A stretch of 64,000 bases of DNA from an uncultured Nitrososphaerales archaeon (GTDB lineage: Archaea; Thermoproteota; Nitrososphaeria; Nitrososphaerales; Nitrososphaeraceae). The position numbers and the translations under genes were made by a program. The stretch is from the NCBI GenBank assembly GCA_963695855.1, contig CAVOHZ010000010.1, positions 640,001 through 704,000 on the forward strand, given 5' to 3'. Below the pieces are notes generated by a model, which was not told the origin of the DNA, made no database searches, and saw only the letters and a program-made list of their open reading frames with translations. Positions 30,758-40,161 of this stretch are shown piece by piece (position 1 is the stretch's first letter; the number at the start of each line of letters is the position of its first letter).

Positions 30758-32356
30758 TTACACCAAAATTTTGGTAACATATGGACCATTTTGAATATAG
30801 CCTATTTTTTTATAATATTCTCTTGTTCCTACTGCACTTATAACTGAGATTTTATTTACGCAAAATTCTTCTTTTGATATTTTTTCAGCTTCTTCCATTA
30901 ATCTCAAACCTAAACCCTTGTGTTGATAATATCCATTATCATTTTTCTGACCAATATCTATTAACTTCCCATAAACATGTAATTCTCTTACTATAGCAGT
31001 GCCTTTCAATGGAAGAGAATTATCCTGCAATTCTTTCCTTCTCGGATTAAGTATATTTCTTAGTCGCAAAAAACCAAAAATTATTTTATTATCTTTACTT
31101 TCCATAGATAAGAATACCTCTTTTCCTCCTGAAGCAAAAAAGTCTATTCTACTCAATTTAATATCTTGATAAGATTCGAACATATTTCTTGTCATCATTG
31201 GTTCTCTACATCTTATACATTTACAAAATATACCCTCGTCTTTTAATTTTTTAAGAACAATTTGACGAATATTTCCCCTTCTAGTACCATTTACAATATC
31301 TGCAGGTTCTATTTCCCTTTGAATTCTCATAATTCGAACCCATGGAGGAATAATCTTCTTGACTTCCATCAAGATATTTACAATATCATCTTCAGAATAT
31401 GGAGAATATTTTCCGCTTTTATATAACTTATATAATCCGGTTCCTTGAAGAACAAGAGTGGGATAAATTTTTAACATGTCGGGTTTAAAATCAGGATTCT
31501 CAAATAGCATCTTAATATTATCTATATCTTTTTCAGGGGTTGAACCAGGTAATCCTGGCATCATATGACCTACGATTTTATATCCAGCGTCTCTCGATAA
31601 TTTAAAAGATTCTCTGACATCTAAAAGAGTATGGCCTCTATTTACTAATCGATAGACATTATCATCTAAAGCCTGAATTCCTATTTCAACTCTAGTTATT
31701 CCCATTTCTAACATTAAATCTATTTGTTTCTCTTTGCAATAATCAGGTTTAGTTTCAACAGTAAATCCTACACATCGATTTTTGGCATGTTCATTTGTCT
31801 TTAATGCATTTTCTAATGTAGATGACGGACAATCGTTTAGAGCATCGTAACATGATTTAACAAAATCCTTTTGATAACTTTCTGGCATAAATGGAAATGT
31901 TCCACCAACTATAACCAATTCAATTTTGCTAATATTGTGACCACGTCTACGAAGTTGTTCTAATTTTGATTTGACTTGGAAATATGGATCAAAATCTACG
32001 GATTGTGCAATTCGTGTTGCTGGTTCTGTCCCAACATAACTCATGGGAGTATTATAATCTACTCCACCAGGACAATATATACATCTGCCATGTGGACAAT
32101 CATATGGTTTAGGCATTACTGTAATTACTGCTATACCTGATGCAGTTTTAGTAGGTTTAACAAGTAGAATATCCCTATAAGGGTCGTTTGTAGATAAATA
32201 AGATAGTATATCTTCATTCTTTGGAATGATTGAAAGCTTAAATTTAGATGAAGCTGATTTGATTATTTTAAAAATATCTTTTGGAGATAGATCTTTTCTA
32301 AGTTGCAACTCTCGTGCTATATGCTGACAAGCTTCAAGATAATTATCATAGTTCAA
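30758..32356 (-). CDS. elp3: Elp3 tRNA uridine(34) acetyltransferase (radical SAM + GNAT)
   Basis: CPHGRCIYCPGG, LKIYPTLV, RELHVYG, QHKGLG, SAVGTREYY. Confidence 0.96.
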   Translation of the reverse strand: MNYDNYLEACQHIARELQLRKDLSPKDIFKIIKSASSKFKLSIIPKNEDILSYLSTNDPYRDILLVKPTKTASGIAVITVMPKPYDCPHGRCIYCPGGVDYNTPMSYVGTEPATRIAQSVDFDPYFQVKSKLEQLRRRGHNISKIELVIVGGTFPFMPESYQKDFVKSCYDALNDCPSSTLENALKTNEHAKNRCVGFTVETKPDYCKEKQIDLMLEMGITRVEIGIQALDDNVYRLVNRGHTLLDVRESFKLSRDAGYKIVGHMMPGLPGSTPEKDIDNIKMLFENPDFKPDMLKIYPTLVLQGTGLYKLYKSGKYSPYSEDDIVNILMEVKKIIPPWVRIMRIQREIEPADIVNGTRRGNIRQIVLKKLKDEGIFCKCIRCREPMMTRNMFESYQDIKLSRIDFFASGGKEVFLSMESKDNKIIFGFLRLRNILNPRRKELQDNSLPLKGTAIVRELHVYGKLIDIGQKNDNGYYQHKGLGLRLMEEAEKISKEEFCVNKISVISAVGTREYYKKIGYIQNGPYVTKILV

Positions 32357-32587
32357 TATTAATATTCATCACATACTACAAATCGATAATAAGATGCTTA
32401 TGTTGCCCGCATAAAATAAACATTAGAAAACATGAATTGTAAAGAGGAACAATAGTTATTCTATTAATCATATCAGAATAAAAATAGAAATAATATATAT
32501 TTTAAACGTAATAAAGTGTGTTTAAAGTATTAATAAAAAGATTCTTTGAAATGAATACTTATAAGAAATATGATAGGAGAAGGTATT

Positions 32588-33535
32588 ATGAAGGTTACCA
32601 TATTTTCTCATGGATCCGATCTGGATGGAATAATCTCCGCATCAATTGGGATGATCCGCTATCCACAGGCAAAAATCATCTTTATGGATTATACCAGAGA
32701 AAGTTTCATGAAAATGATCAAGATAATCGATTTTTCAAACAATTCAAGTGAAAACAATCTATATATTATTTCGGATCTTGGTCTTAATGATAATTTAATT
32801 AATTCATTAAGGGATATTTTTGAACGGGTTAGAACTAGAGAAAATAAAATAATATGGGTTGATCATCATCCTTGGTCAGCAAATGCTATAAATGAACTGA
32901 AAGAAATCATTGAACTGGTTTTAAACAGTTCGGGTAACACATGTGCTGCCGAATTAATGTATGAACGATTCTTACAAGGAAATGAGAATGCAGAGAAATT
33001 GGCAAGTATAGCACATACCATGGATTTCTTTACGAAAGACCAATATCTTACTCCAATATCAGAACTAATCAAATATTATCTAAGTTTTAATGATTCACAC
33101 ATAAGATTAGGTGAATTGAGTACCAAAATCTCGAAGGGAATATTGTGGGATCTAGATATGGATAAAGATTACAAAAAATACATACCTCTATATGAGAAGG
33201 AAAAAGAATATGCATTAACAGAACTAATAAGAAAAGACGTTATGGATTTAGATGTAGCATTTGTAAAATCATCTCCTTATTTACAAACCAGCCTATTTGC
33301 TCAAGAAATTTTTGATATTACTGGAGCTGACCTAGCTATATTTTACGATAAAAATGGAAAAATAAGTATTAGACGAAGTAATGAAAAAATTGCATGTAAT
33401 GAAATAGCAGAAAATCTAATTGATGGTGGTGGACATAAATTTGCTGCAGGTGGAAATATCAAATCCAAACTATCAAATACGGAAGATCTGATTTCTGAGG
33501 TAGAAAAAGCTATAATAAAAACATTGGTTAAATAG
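32588..33535 (+). CDS. DHH/DHHA1 phosphoesterase
   Basis: SHGSDLDG, WVDHH, GGGHKFAAG. Confidence 0.9.
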   Translation: MKVTIFSHGSDLDGIISASIGMIRYPQAKIIFMDYTRESFMKMIKIIDFSNNSSENNLYIISDLGLNDNLINSLRDIFERVRTRENKIIWVDHHPWSANAINELKEIIELVLNSSGNTCAAELMYERFLQGNENAEKLASIAHTMDFFTKDQYLTPISELIKYYLSFNDSHIRLGELSTKISKGILWDLDMDKDYKKYIPLYEKEKEYALTELIRKDVMDLDVAFVKSSPYLQTSLFAQEIFDITGADLAIFYDKNGKISIRRSNEKIACNEIAENLIDGGGHKFAAGGNIKSKLSNTEDLISEVEKAIIKTLVK

Positions 33536-33573
33536 TAATAACAATGACCGAAAAATGGTGTAAATTTTAAAAT

Positions 33574-34206
33574 TTGTTGATATTTGAGTGTAATAATAAA
33601 AAGGATATAACTACATGTATTTCAATCATCAAACAAGGCGCGGTAGTGGTTTTTCCCACCGATACAGTTTATGGGATTGGATGTGATCCATTTAACGAAG
33701 AGGCAATTGAAAGGATATTTAGGATTAAGAAAAGAAGTAAAACCAAACCCTTTCCTGTCTTGACTCATAATATAAAATCAGTAAAAAAAATAATCAAACT
33801 GGATAAAATTGGGAGTAAGTTGGCTAAAGCATTCTGGCCAGGACCATTAACCATTATAGGACATTTAATAGATGATAATATTCCAAAAATTGTTAATGGT
33901 GGAAAGAAATCTTTGGGAGTAAGAATTCCAAACAATTTATGTACTCTTGAACTTCTCAAAGGTTGTAATTTTCTTTTAGGAACTAGTGCAAATATATCTA
34001 ACACAGATTCGAACGTTACCGCTCAACAAATCTTGGAATCCGACCTGAAAGGATATGATGCGATTCTAATTGGAGACAATAATATATTGAAAAGGAATGT
34101 TTTAAGCTCTACAATAGTCGATATTACTGAAAATTCCCTTCAAATTATAAGAGAAGGACCAGTTAAATCGGAAGATATTTACGAAATCATATCTAGACCA
34201 AAGTAG
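33574..34206 (+). CDS. sua5: L-threonylcarbamoyladenylate synthase (Sua5/TsaC, YrdC domain only)
   Basis: PTDTVYG, K.R...KP, FWPGPLT, TSANIS, SSTIVD. Confidence 0.93.
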   Translation: MLIFECNNKKDITTCISIIKQGAVVVFPTDTVYGIGCDPFNEEAIERIFRIKKRSKTKPFPVLTHNIKSVKKIIKLDKIGSKLAKAFWPGPLTIIGHLIDDNIPKIVNGGKKSLGVRIPNNLCTLELLKGCNFLLGTSANISNTDSNVTAQQILESDLKGYDAILIGDNNILKRNVLSSTIVDITENSLQIIREGPVKSEDIYEIISRPK

Positions 34207-34745
34207 TGGATTTCAACCTAATCATCACAACATATAGACATAAAGAAGAAGAAGCTATTGAAGAAGCGATAATATTATTTGAAAGAGCTGGTGATAGGAA
34301 TGTTGATTTTGTTATAAGTAAAATCTCTGGGATTGTTTTAGGGTATACAAATCTTGATCAATTTGAAATAATGTCCAAATTTAGGAAGATATTGATGGAT
34401 GAGCCCTGGCAATTCAGATATATTCTAAGAATTATACCAATAGAAAGATCTACTAAAACAGATCTAAAAATAATTCAAAGAGAGGTTCAAAATTTAGTGC
34501 AGAAAAAAATATCGTTTAATGATACGTACAGAATTACAGTGGAAAAAAGACACACGGAGTTAAGTACAAATCAAATAATAAATTATATTGCAAATAAATT
34601 GCAGTTTAGGGTTTCCCTAGATAATCCTGATTGGATTATTTTAATACAAGTGATTGGTAATCTAACAGGTATTTCAATAATCAAAAAAAATCAAATTTTT
34701 AATTCAGTGATAGAAAAAAGGAACATAGGATCAGAATTTGAGTAA
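34206..34745 (+). CDS. Stand-alone THUMP-domain protein (Tan1-like)
   Basis: ILRIIPIE, YRITVEKR, VSLDNPD.IILIQV. Confidence 0.88.
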   Translation: MDFNLIITTYRHKEEEAIEEAIILFERAGDRNVDFVISKISGIVLGYTNLDQFEIMSKFRKILMDEPWQFRYILRIIPIERSTKTDLKIIQREVQNLVQKKISFNDTYRITVEKRHTELSTNQIINYIANKLQFRVSLDNPDWIILIQVIGNLTGISIIKKNQIFNSVIEKRNIGSEFE

Positions 34746-35057
34746 TACAATTTTTCTTGTCTTTTTTAAACGTTGATGAATATTTTTAATAAATTGTGAG
34801 TAAAAAAATAATTATAGATCTTTGATAATTTGTTTATCAGTTCATTTATAATTTTATTTCATCAATTTTATTCTTTAGTATCTCAAAAGATGTGCAAGTT
34901 GATTTTGCCAATCATGCAGATTTAAAAGTATATTGAATCTATTCCTTTTGAATTATTGTATCTTCAAAATGCTGTAGACAGTGTATATAAAAATCTGTTA
35001 ATAAAGTAATGAAATACATATTTATTGAATTGTCTATTTATTTTATATTGTCAATTT

Positions 35058-35996
35058 ATGACTAGGAAAAATCATTTTTTTGGAAAAGATATTGTATCAA
35101 TCAAAGATTTTTCTAGGGAAGATCTGGAATTTATTTTTCAAGCGACTGACATAATTAATAAATCAGATCCTGATGAAAAAACCGAATTAGGTAAAGGTAG
35201 AACTTTAGGTTACATTTTTTATGAACCCAGTACTAGAACAAGGATGAGTTTTGAAGCAGCGATGGCATCCCTTGGCGGTAGCTCGATTGGGATTTTTGAT
35301 TCTAAATTTTCATCTATTGAAAAAGGTGAAAGTCTAGCTGATACTGTAAGAATAATGGATTTATATTCAGATATAATAATTTTAAGACATCCTAGAGACG
35401 GTTCAAGCAGATATGCAGCGGAGCTTTCTAATAATCCCATAATCAATGCCGGAAGTGGAAGCGAAGAACATCCAACACAGGCAATGCTTGATTTATACAC
35501 CATAAAAAAAGAAAAAGGAAAGATAGATGATCTAACTATTGGAATAGTAGGTGACTTGAAATACGGCAGAACAGTATACTCGTTGTTATATGGATTACAA
35601 AATTATAGAGTAAATATTTACCTTGTCTCGCCTCCAACACTGAACATAAGAAATGAATCAATTTATGAAATTCAGAACAAGATAAAAATAAAACAAGAAA
35701 ATTATTTAAATGACGTGATTACTAAACTGGATGTTTTATATGTTACTAGAATACAGAAAGAAAGGTTTCCAGATGTTCAAGAATATGAAAAAGTTAAGGG
35801 CACTTATAGAATTGATGAAAAAATCTTGAATACCACAAAGGCAGATTTGTGCATAATGCATCCATTGCCAAGATTCGATGAAATATCTCATTCGATCGAT
35901 GTGTCTCCAAAAGCAATCTATTTCAAACAGGCTGCATATGGTAAAGAGTTAAGAGCAGCGTTGTTAGCAGTCATATTAAATGAAAATCCCTTTTAG
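35058..35996 (+). CDS. pyrB: Aspartate carbamoyltransferase catalytic subunit
   Basis: FYEPSTRTRMSFE, HPTQAMLD, GDLKYGRT, TRIQKERF, MHPLPR. Confidence 0.96.
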   Translation: MTRKNHFFGKDIVSIKDFSREDLEFIFQATDIINKSDPDEKTELGKGRTLGYIFYEPSTRTRMSFEAAMASLGGSSIGIFDSKFSSIEKGESLADTVRIMDLYSDIIILRHPRDGSSRYAAELSNNPIINAGSGSEEHPTQAMLDLYTIKKEKGKIDDLTIGIVGDLKYGRTVYSLLYGLQNYRVNIYLVSPPTLNIRNESIYEIQNKIKIKQENYLNDVITKLDVLYVTRIQKERFPDVQEYEKVKGTYRIDEKILNTTKADLCIMHPLPRFDEISHSIDVSPKAIYFKQAAYGKELRAALLAVILNENPF

Positions 35997-36089
35997 AATT
36001 AGATTATACCAATTACGATAGGTATTCTGACATTATTTTACTGTTAGGTAATATATTTGGTCACAATAGCTATTAGCTGATATCATTAA

Positions 36090-37200
36090 CATGATGGATC
36101 AAATTGACTACTATTTGCACTATATCAAAAACAAAATTTGAAAAAATATACAGATCTGAACACGATACTAATGTAAAGGAAAGAACTCCACTTGTTGTAA
36201 AATATGATAAATAGATTCCTGCAGAGGTAAGTATGAGATCTTCACAGAAGTATAACATGGTTCTTATTGTTTGAAAAGATGCCATGAAGAAGGTATAGAA
36301 GAATGATTAAAATTTATGTAAAAGTGTGGCAGACTAGCAGAATTACGTGAAATGATTATCCAAGATAAAAATTGAAAATCCTCTAGCCAACATGTTACAA
36401 ATCTAATTGTCAAAACGAGGTAAATTAGATATCCTCGCATATACCGTTTGTTTCACAGTTTGGGATTTGAACAGAAGTGCCAAAAAAAGTACTTCAAACA
36501 CTGCATCTAAAAAAAGAGAACGAATGTTTTATAAAATAAGATAAAGATATACAGCAATAATATCCAAAACTGATTCATATTAGTATCTATTGATGAATCG
36601 TTAATCTTCATTATCTTTCTTGTAAGAAGAATCTGATAAAATATGATAAACAACTAATTGTAAGAGATACTTGGTCCCATCAAAAGTCAGTCTTATCGTA
36701 TACCAACAGTTTGAAAGGAGACCAGCTGTTTAGACAATACAACTAGTTTGATGTCAACACCTTTTTAGATTATCTAAAACAGATTCAGAGGAAATTTCCA
36801 AAATGTTATCTCTTTTTGGATAAAACAAAACAACATCGTTACAGATCAAAAAAGGACTGAAATATTTTGATAAACATTCAAAGATTTTGATTCATATAAG
36901 TCAGGCCGTCATCATGAATATCATCACATCATCTTTCCAAACTTTATGTCTAGATATTCAAACATCTAGTTATTTTAGTAGAATGATACGACATCAACAA
37001 GACATCTGACTTATAAGCCAACAGCGTCTCCTGAATTCACTATACTCGAGGTAACGCGAAATACATAAAAAATGGTGTTCCTGTTTTAAATTATTACTGA
37101 TTCTTTATAGGTTTTAATAGTAAAATATCCAAATATTTCAGAACAAAAAGATTTAGCCTGCATATGATAAACTACCCGTTTCAAGATCCAGATAACATAT
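36090..37200 (+). mobile_element. Degraded IS630-family element
   Basis: Remnants IYRSEHDTNVKER (HTH), QLFRQY...FLDYLKQIQRKFPKCYLFLDK, PTASPEF, KISKYFRTKRF with many stops and frameshifts; boundaries approximate. Confidence 0.8.
36895..37015. mobile_element. MITE-like insertion nested in the IS630 remnant
   Basis: Perfect terminal inverted repeats TATAAGTCAG...CTGACTTATA, including a probable TA duplication; removal restores KILIHKPTASPEF. Confidence 0.75.
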
Positions 37201-37286
37201 ATTAAGCGGTATAGTTTATAGAATGAAACAATTTTATGATTTTTTAATTATAATACATAAAAATTTGGAAAATGAGTAATTGTGTG

Positions 37287-39986
37287 TTATCCAGATACGC
37301 AACTGCTAAATCCGCATTCTATGCACACATTACATCCCTCAGTGATAATGAGTTTTGATTTACAAGATGGACATAGCTCACTTTCGTCTATTTCCATCAT
37401 TGTTTTTTGAATTAATTCCACATTCTTGTTAAAATTTGAAGTTATCAAAACATCTCGTTCTTCTTTTTTCACGTTATCAAATATTTTACTTAGATATTGA
37501 ACTATATATGGCTCTTTTATATGGGAATGAATATAATTAGTAACATAATCACTTGGTTTTACAATGAAAGATTTTTCAAATGTATTTGTTCCTGGAATAT
37601 GTAAAACCTGTTCATTTCGTGAGCCATCTCTATATACAGTAACACCCTTTAATCCCAATTCATGAGAAAGTAGATATGAAGATTTTACATCTTCCACTGT
37701 GACGTCTCCAGGCATATTTATTGTTTTTGCAATAGCATTACTTATCCATTTTTGCCATATTGACTGTGCCATGATATGATCTGTCCAATGAATATCTATT
37801 GCTGTTGTAAATATAGATTGTATCCATTTAGGAATTTCATCAAGACCTCTAACAGAGCCATAATTATTTGCTATTTTTGTTAATATTTCATCATTATAAA
37901 GACCATTTTCTTTTAATATATTTTCAAATATTTTATTAGTATAGAAAAATCTTCCAACAGTAACACGTTTTTCAAAAACCAATGCAAAAACAGGTTCAAC
38001 ACCGTTAGAACAATCTGCTATCATGGATAATGTACCGGTTGGAGCGATTGTAGTAGTCCAAGAATTACGTATTCCAAATTTTCGGATTTTCTCGGTTAAA
38101 GATTCCCAATCATAAGCGTGTTGTTCTTTTGGTATTTCATAACACCCGGATACAGGTATTTTTCCATTCACATAACCAGTTTCTTTGAACAATGGAAAAG
38201 GTCCTCTAGATTTAGCAACAGCAACACTTTCTTCCATGCTATAATAGGTTAATGTTTCAGCTAGTTTATTCATAAATTCATAACCTTCTGTCGATGTGTA
38301 CGGAATACGTAACAAAAACAATAGATTTGCTATTCCCATTATTCCCAATCCTATTCTTCTCGTAAGTTTAGTATTGTAATCGATTTCTTCTATTGGATAT
38401 TTGTTCACATCTATAACATTATCAAGAAGTCGCGATGACAAACGTATGGCTTGCTCATATCTATGCCAATCAAATTCATACATACCATCTGCCTTTCTTT
38501 TAACAAAATTTGCGAGATTTATAGATCCTAAATTACAGGATTCGTAAGGATATAAAGATTGTTCGCCACATGGATTGGTAGCCCTCAATGGACCATTTTT
38601 AGCTTTGAGGCATGGATTGTATTTATTAATATTGTCAAAAAATATTACACCGGGTTCGGCACTTTTCCATGCACTTAAAGATATAAGATCTATCAATTGA
38701 TGCGAATCTATCTGTTTTACGGGTTCGTGAGTCCTTGGATTTTTGAGTGTAAATTTATTGTTATTTTTATTTATCAAAGAATTCCAGAAATCATCCCATA
38801 GTCCTACACTTACATTAAAGTTTTCAAATACACCTGATTTCGTCTTAGCAGTAATGAATTTTTCAATATCAGGATGCCAAGCTTCCAATATCCCCATGTT
38901 TGCACCCCGTCTTTTACCTCCCTGCTTTACAACATCAGTAATGGTATCAATGATTCTCATAAATGATGCAGGTCCTGATGCAACCCCCGATGTAGATGCA
39001 ACTATGTCACCTTCAGGCCTAAGATCCGAATAATTTATTCCCACTCCACCTCCAGATTTAAAAATCATGGCTGCATCAGAAGATGTTTTCATGATCAGAC
39101 CCATATCATCAGGTATATCCAGGACAAAGCATGCTGAAAGTTGACCTAATCTTGCTCCAGCATTCATTAATGTAGGTGTGTTGGGAAGAAAATCTTTTGA
39201 CACCATTAATTCAAAATATTCTTTGATTTTGTCTTCAAAATATCTAAATTTCCCTTGTACAATTAATTTTAATATTTCCTTAAATGATAATTTCATTTGC
39301 CCTCTGGAGGATAATTGAACAAACAAACGTATCAGAGATTCAAAATGAAATTTATTAAGATAATATTCACCTATTTTCAATTTCAGATCGAACTCGTTTA
39401 TTTTATCATAGTAATTGGTTGCTTCTTCAACATCCTGATTGTATCCTCCAGCCAAATTGAAAATAAGAGGATCATGTAATATATCAGCAATAGAGACAAG
39501 AATCGCAACTCTTTCGAACATCTTCTTGGGTCCTTCAATAATCTCATTATTATCATCACGCAATAGATAACGAGATGATAAAACACGTAAAGAATTGATA
39601 TCAAAAGACTTGTCAACTTCATCCAAATCCTTTTTATTAAGAATTTTTATTTTATCTTCTCTTAGTTTTCTTCTTTCATGCCTATAGAGAATATAAGACT
39701 TCGCAGTATCTGCAAGACCATCTTCTATTAGAATTGATTCAACTATATCCTGAACATCTTCAACGCTTGGGATTAAGCCCTTTTCAAATGAATTCCTAGT
39801 GATCTTTTCTAATACCTTATGACTCAATGTTTCAGCTAGTTTAAATTCTGGTTTACCAGTTGCAACTAATGCCTTGTAAATAGCATGTGATATTTTTGCT
39901 TCATCAAAATTAACAACTCTACCATCTCGTTTTTTTATTTGAAAAATAGAATTATTTTTTGGTTTGTCTACTTCAGATACTCCCAT
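37287..39986 (-). CDS. nrdJ: Class II (adenosylcobalamin-dependent) ribonucleotide reductase with ATP cone and C-terminal Zn ribbon
   Basis: IKKRDGRVVNFD ATP cone, PNTPTLMNAG, LSACFV, TNPCGEQ, CNLGSINL, IAPTGT, KGVTVYRDGSR, CPSC/EGC..C..CG.S.C. Confidence 0.96.
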   Translation of the reverse strand: MGVSEVDKPKNNSIFQIKKRDGRVVNFDEAKISHAIYKALVATGKPEFKLAETLSHKVLEKITRNSFEKGLIPSVEDVQDIVESILIEDGLADTAKSYILYRHERRKLREDKIKILNKKDLDEVDKSFDINSLRVLSSRYLLRDDNNEIIEGPKKMFERVAILVSIADILHDPLIFNLAGGYNQDVEEATNYYDKINEFDLKLKIGEYYLNKFHFESLIRLFVQLSSRGQMKLSFKEILKLIVQGKFRYFEDKIKEYFELMVSKDFLPNTPTLMNAGARLGQLSACFVLDIPDDMGLIMKTSSDAAMIFKSGGGVGINYSDLRPEGDIVASTSGVASGPASFMRIIDTITDVVKQGGKRRGANMGILEAWHPDIEKFITAKTKSGVFENFNVSVGLWDDFWNSLINKNNNKFTLKNPRTHEPVKQIDSHQLIDLISLSAWKSAEPGVIFFDNINKYNPCLKAKNGPLRATNPCGEQSLYPYESCNLGSINLANFVKRKADGMYEFDWHRYEQAIRLSSRLLDNVIDVNKYPIEEIDYNTKLTRRIGLGIMGIANLLFLLRIPYTSTEGYEFMNKLAETLTYYSMEESVAVAKSRGPFPLFKETGYVNGKIPVSGCYEIPKEQHAYDWESLTEKIRKFGIRNSWTTTIAPTGTLSMIADCSNGVEPVFALVFEKRVTVGRFFYTNKIFENILKENGLYNDEILTKIANNYGSVRGLDEIPKWIQSIFTTAIDIHWTDHIMAQSIWQKWISNAIAKTINMPGDVTVEDVKSSYLLSHELGLKGVTVYRDGSRNEQVLHIPGTNTFEKSFIVKPSDYVTNYIHSHIKEPYIVQYLSKIFDNVKKEERDVLITSNFNKNVELIQKTMMEIDESELCPSCKSKLIITEGCNVCIECGFSSCVSG

Positions 39987-40110
39987 ACAGCTCGCCTTCC
40001 AATTTTTTAACAATCATCATTATTTATAAGAATTGTGAATTGAAAATACCAATAAAAATATTATATCATGGGGTTAGATACAATTTTTAAATGCTAGATT
40101 TTGGGTTATT

Positions 40111-40137
40111 TATCGATCTAAATCATATAGGTCGATA
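40111..40137. promoter_or_regulatory. Inverted repeat in the nrdJ upstream region (10-7-10, one mismatch)
   Basis: TATCGATCTA-aatcata-TAGGTCGATA; operator or terminator, function not established. Confidence 0.4.
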
Positions 40138-40161
40138 GCTAGATTCTACAGTTATTTGTTA

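Noticed and set aside
37287-39986. Intein in nrdJ
   Set aside because: Catalytic motifs are contiguous and no intein block or LAGLIDADG motifs were seen
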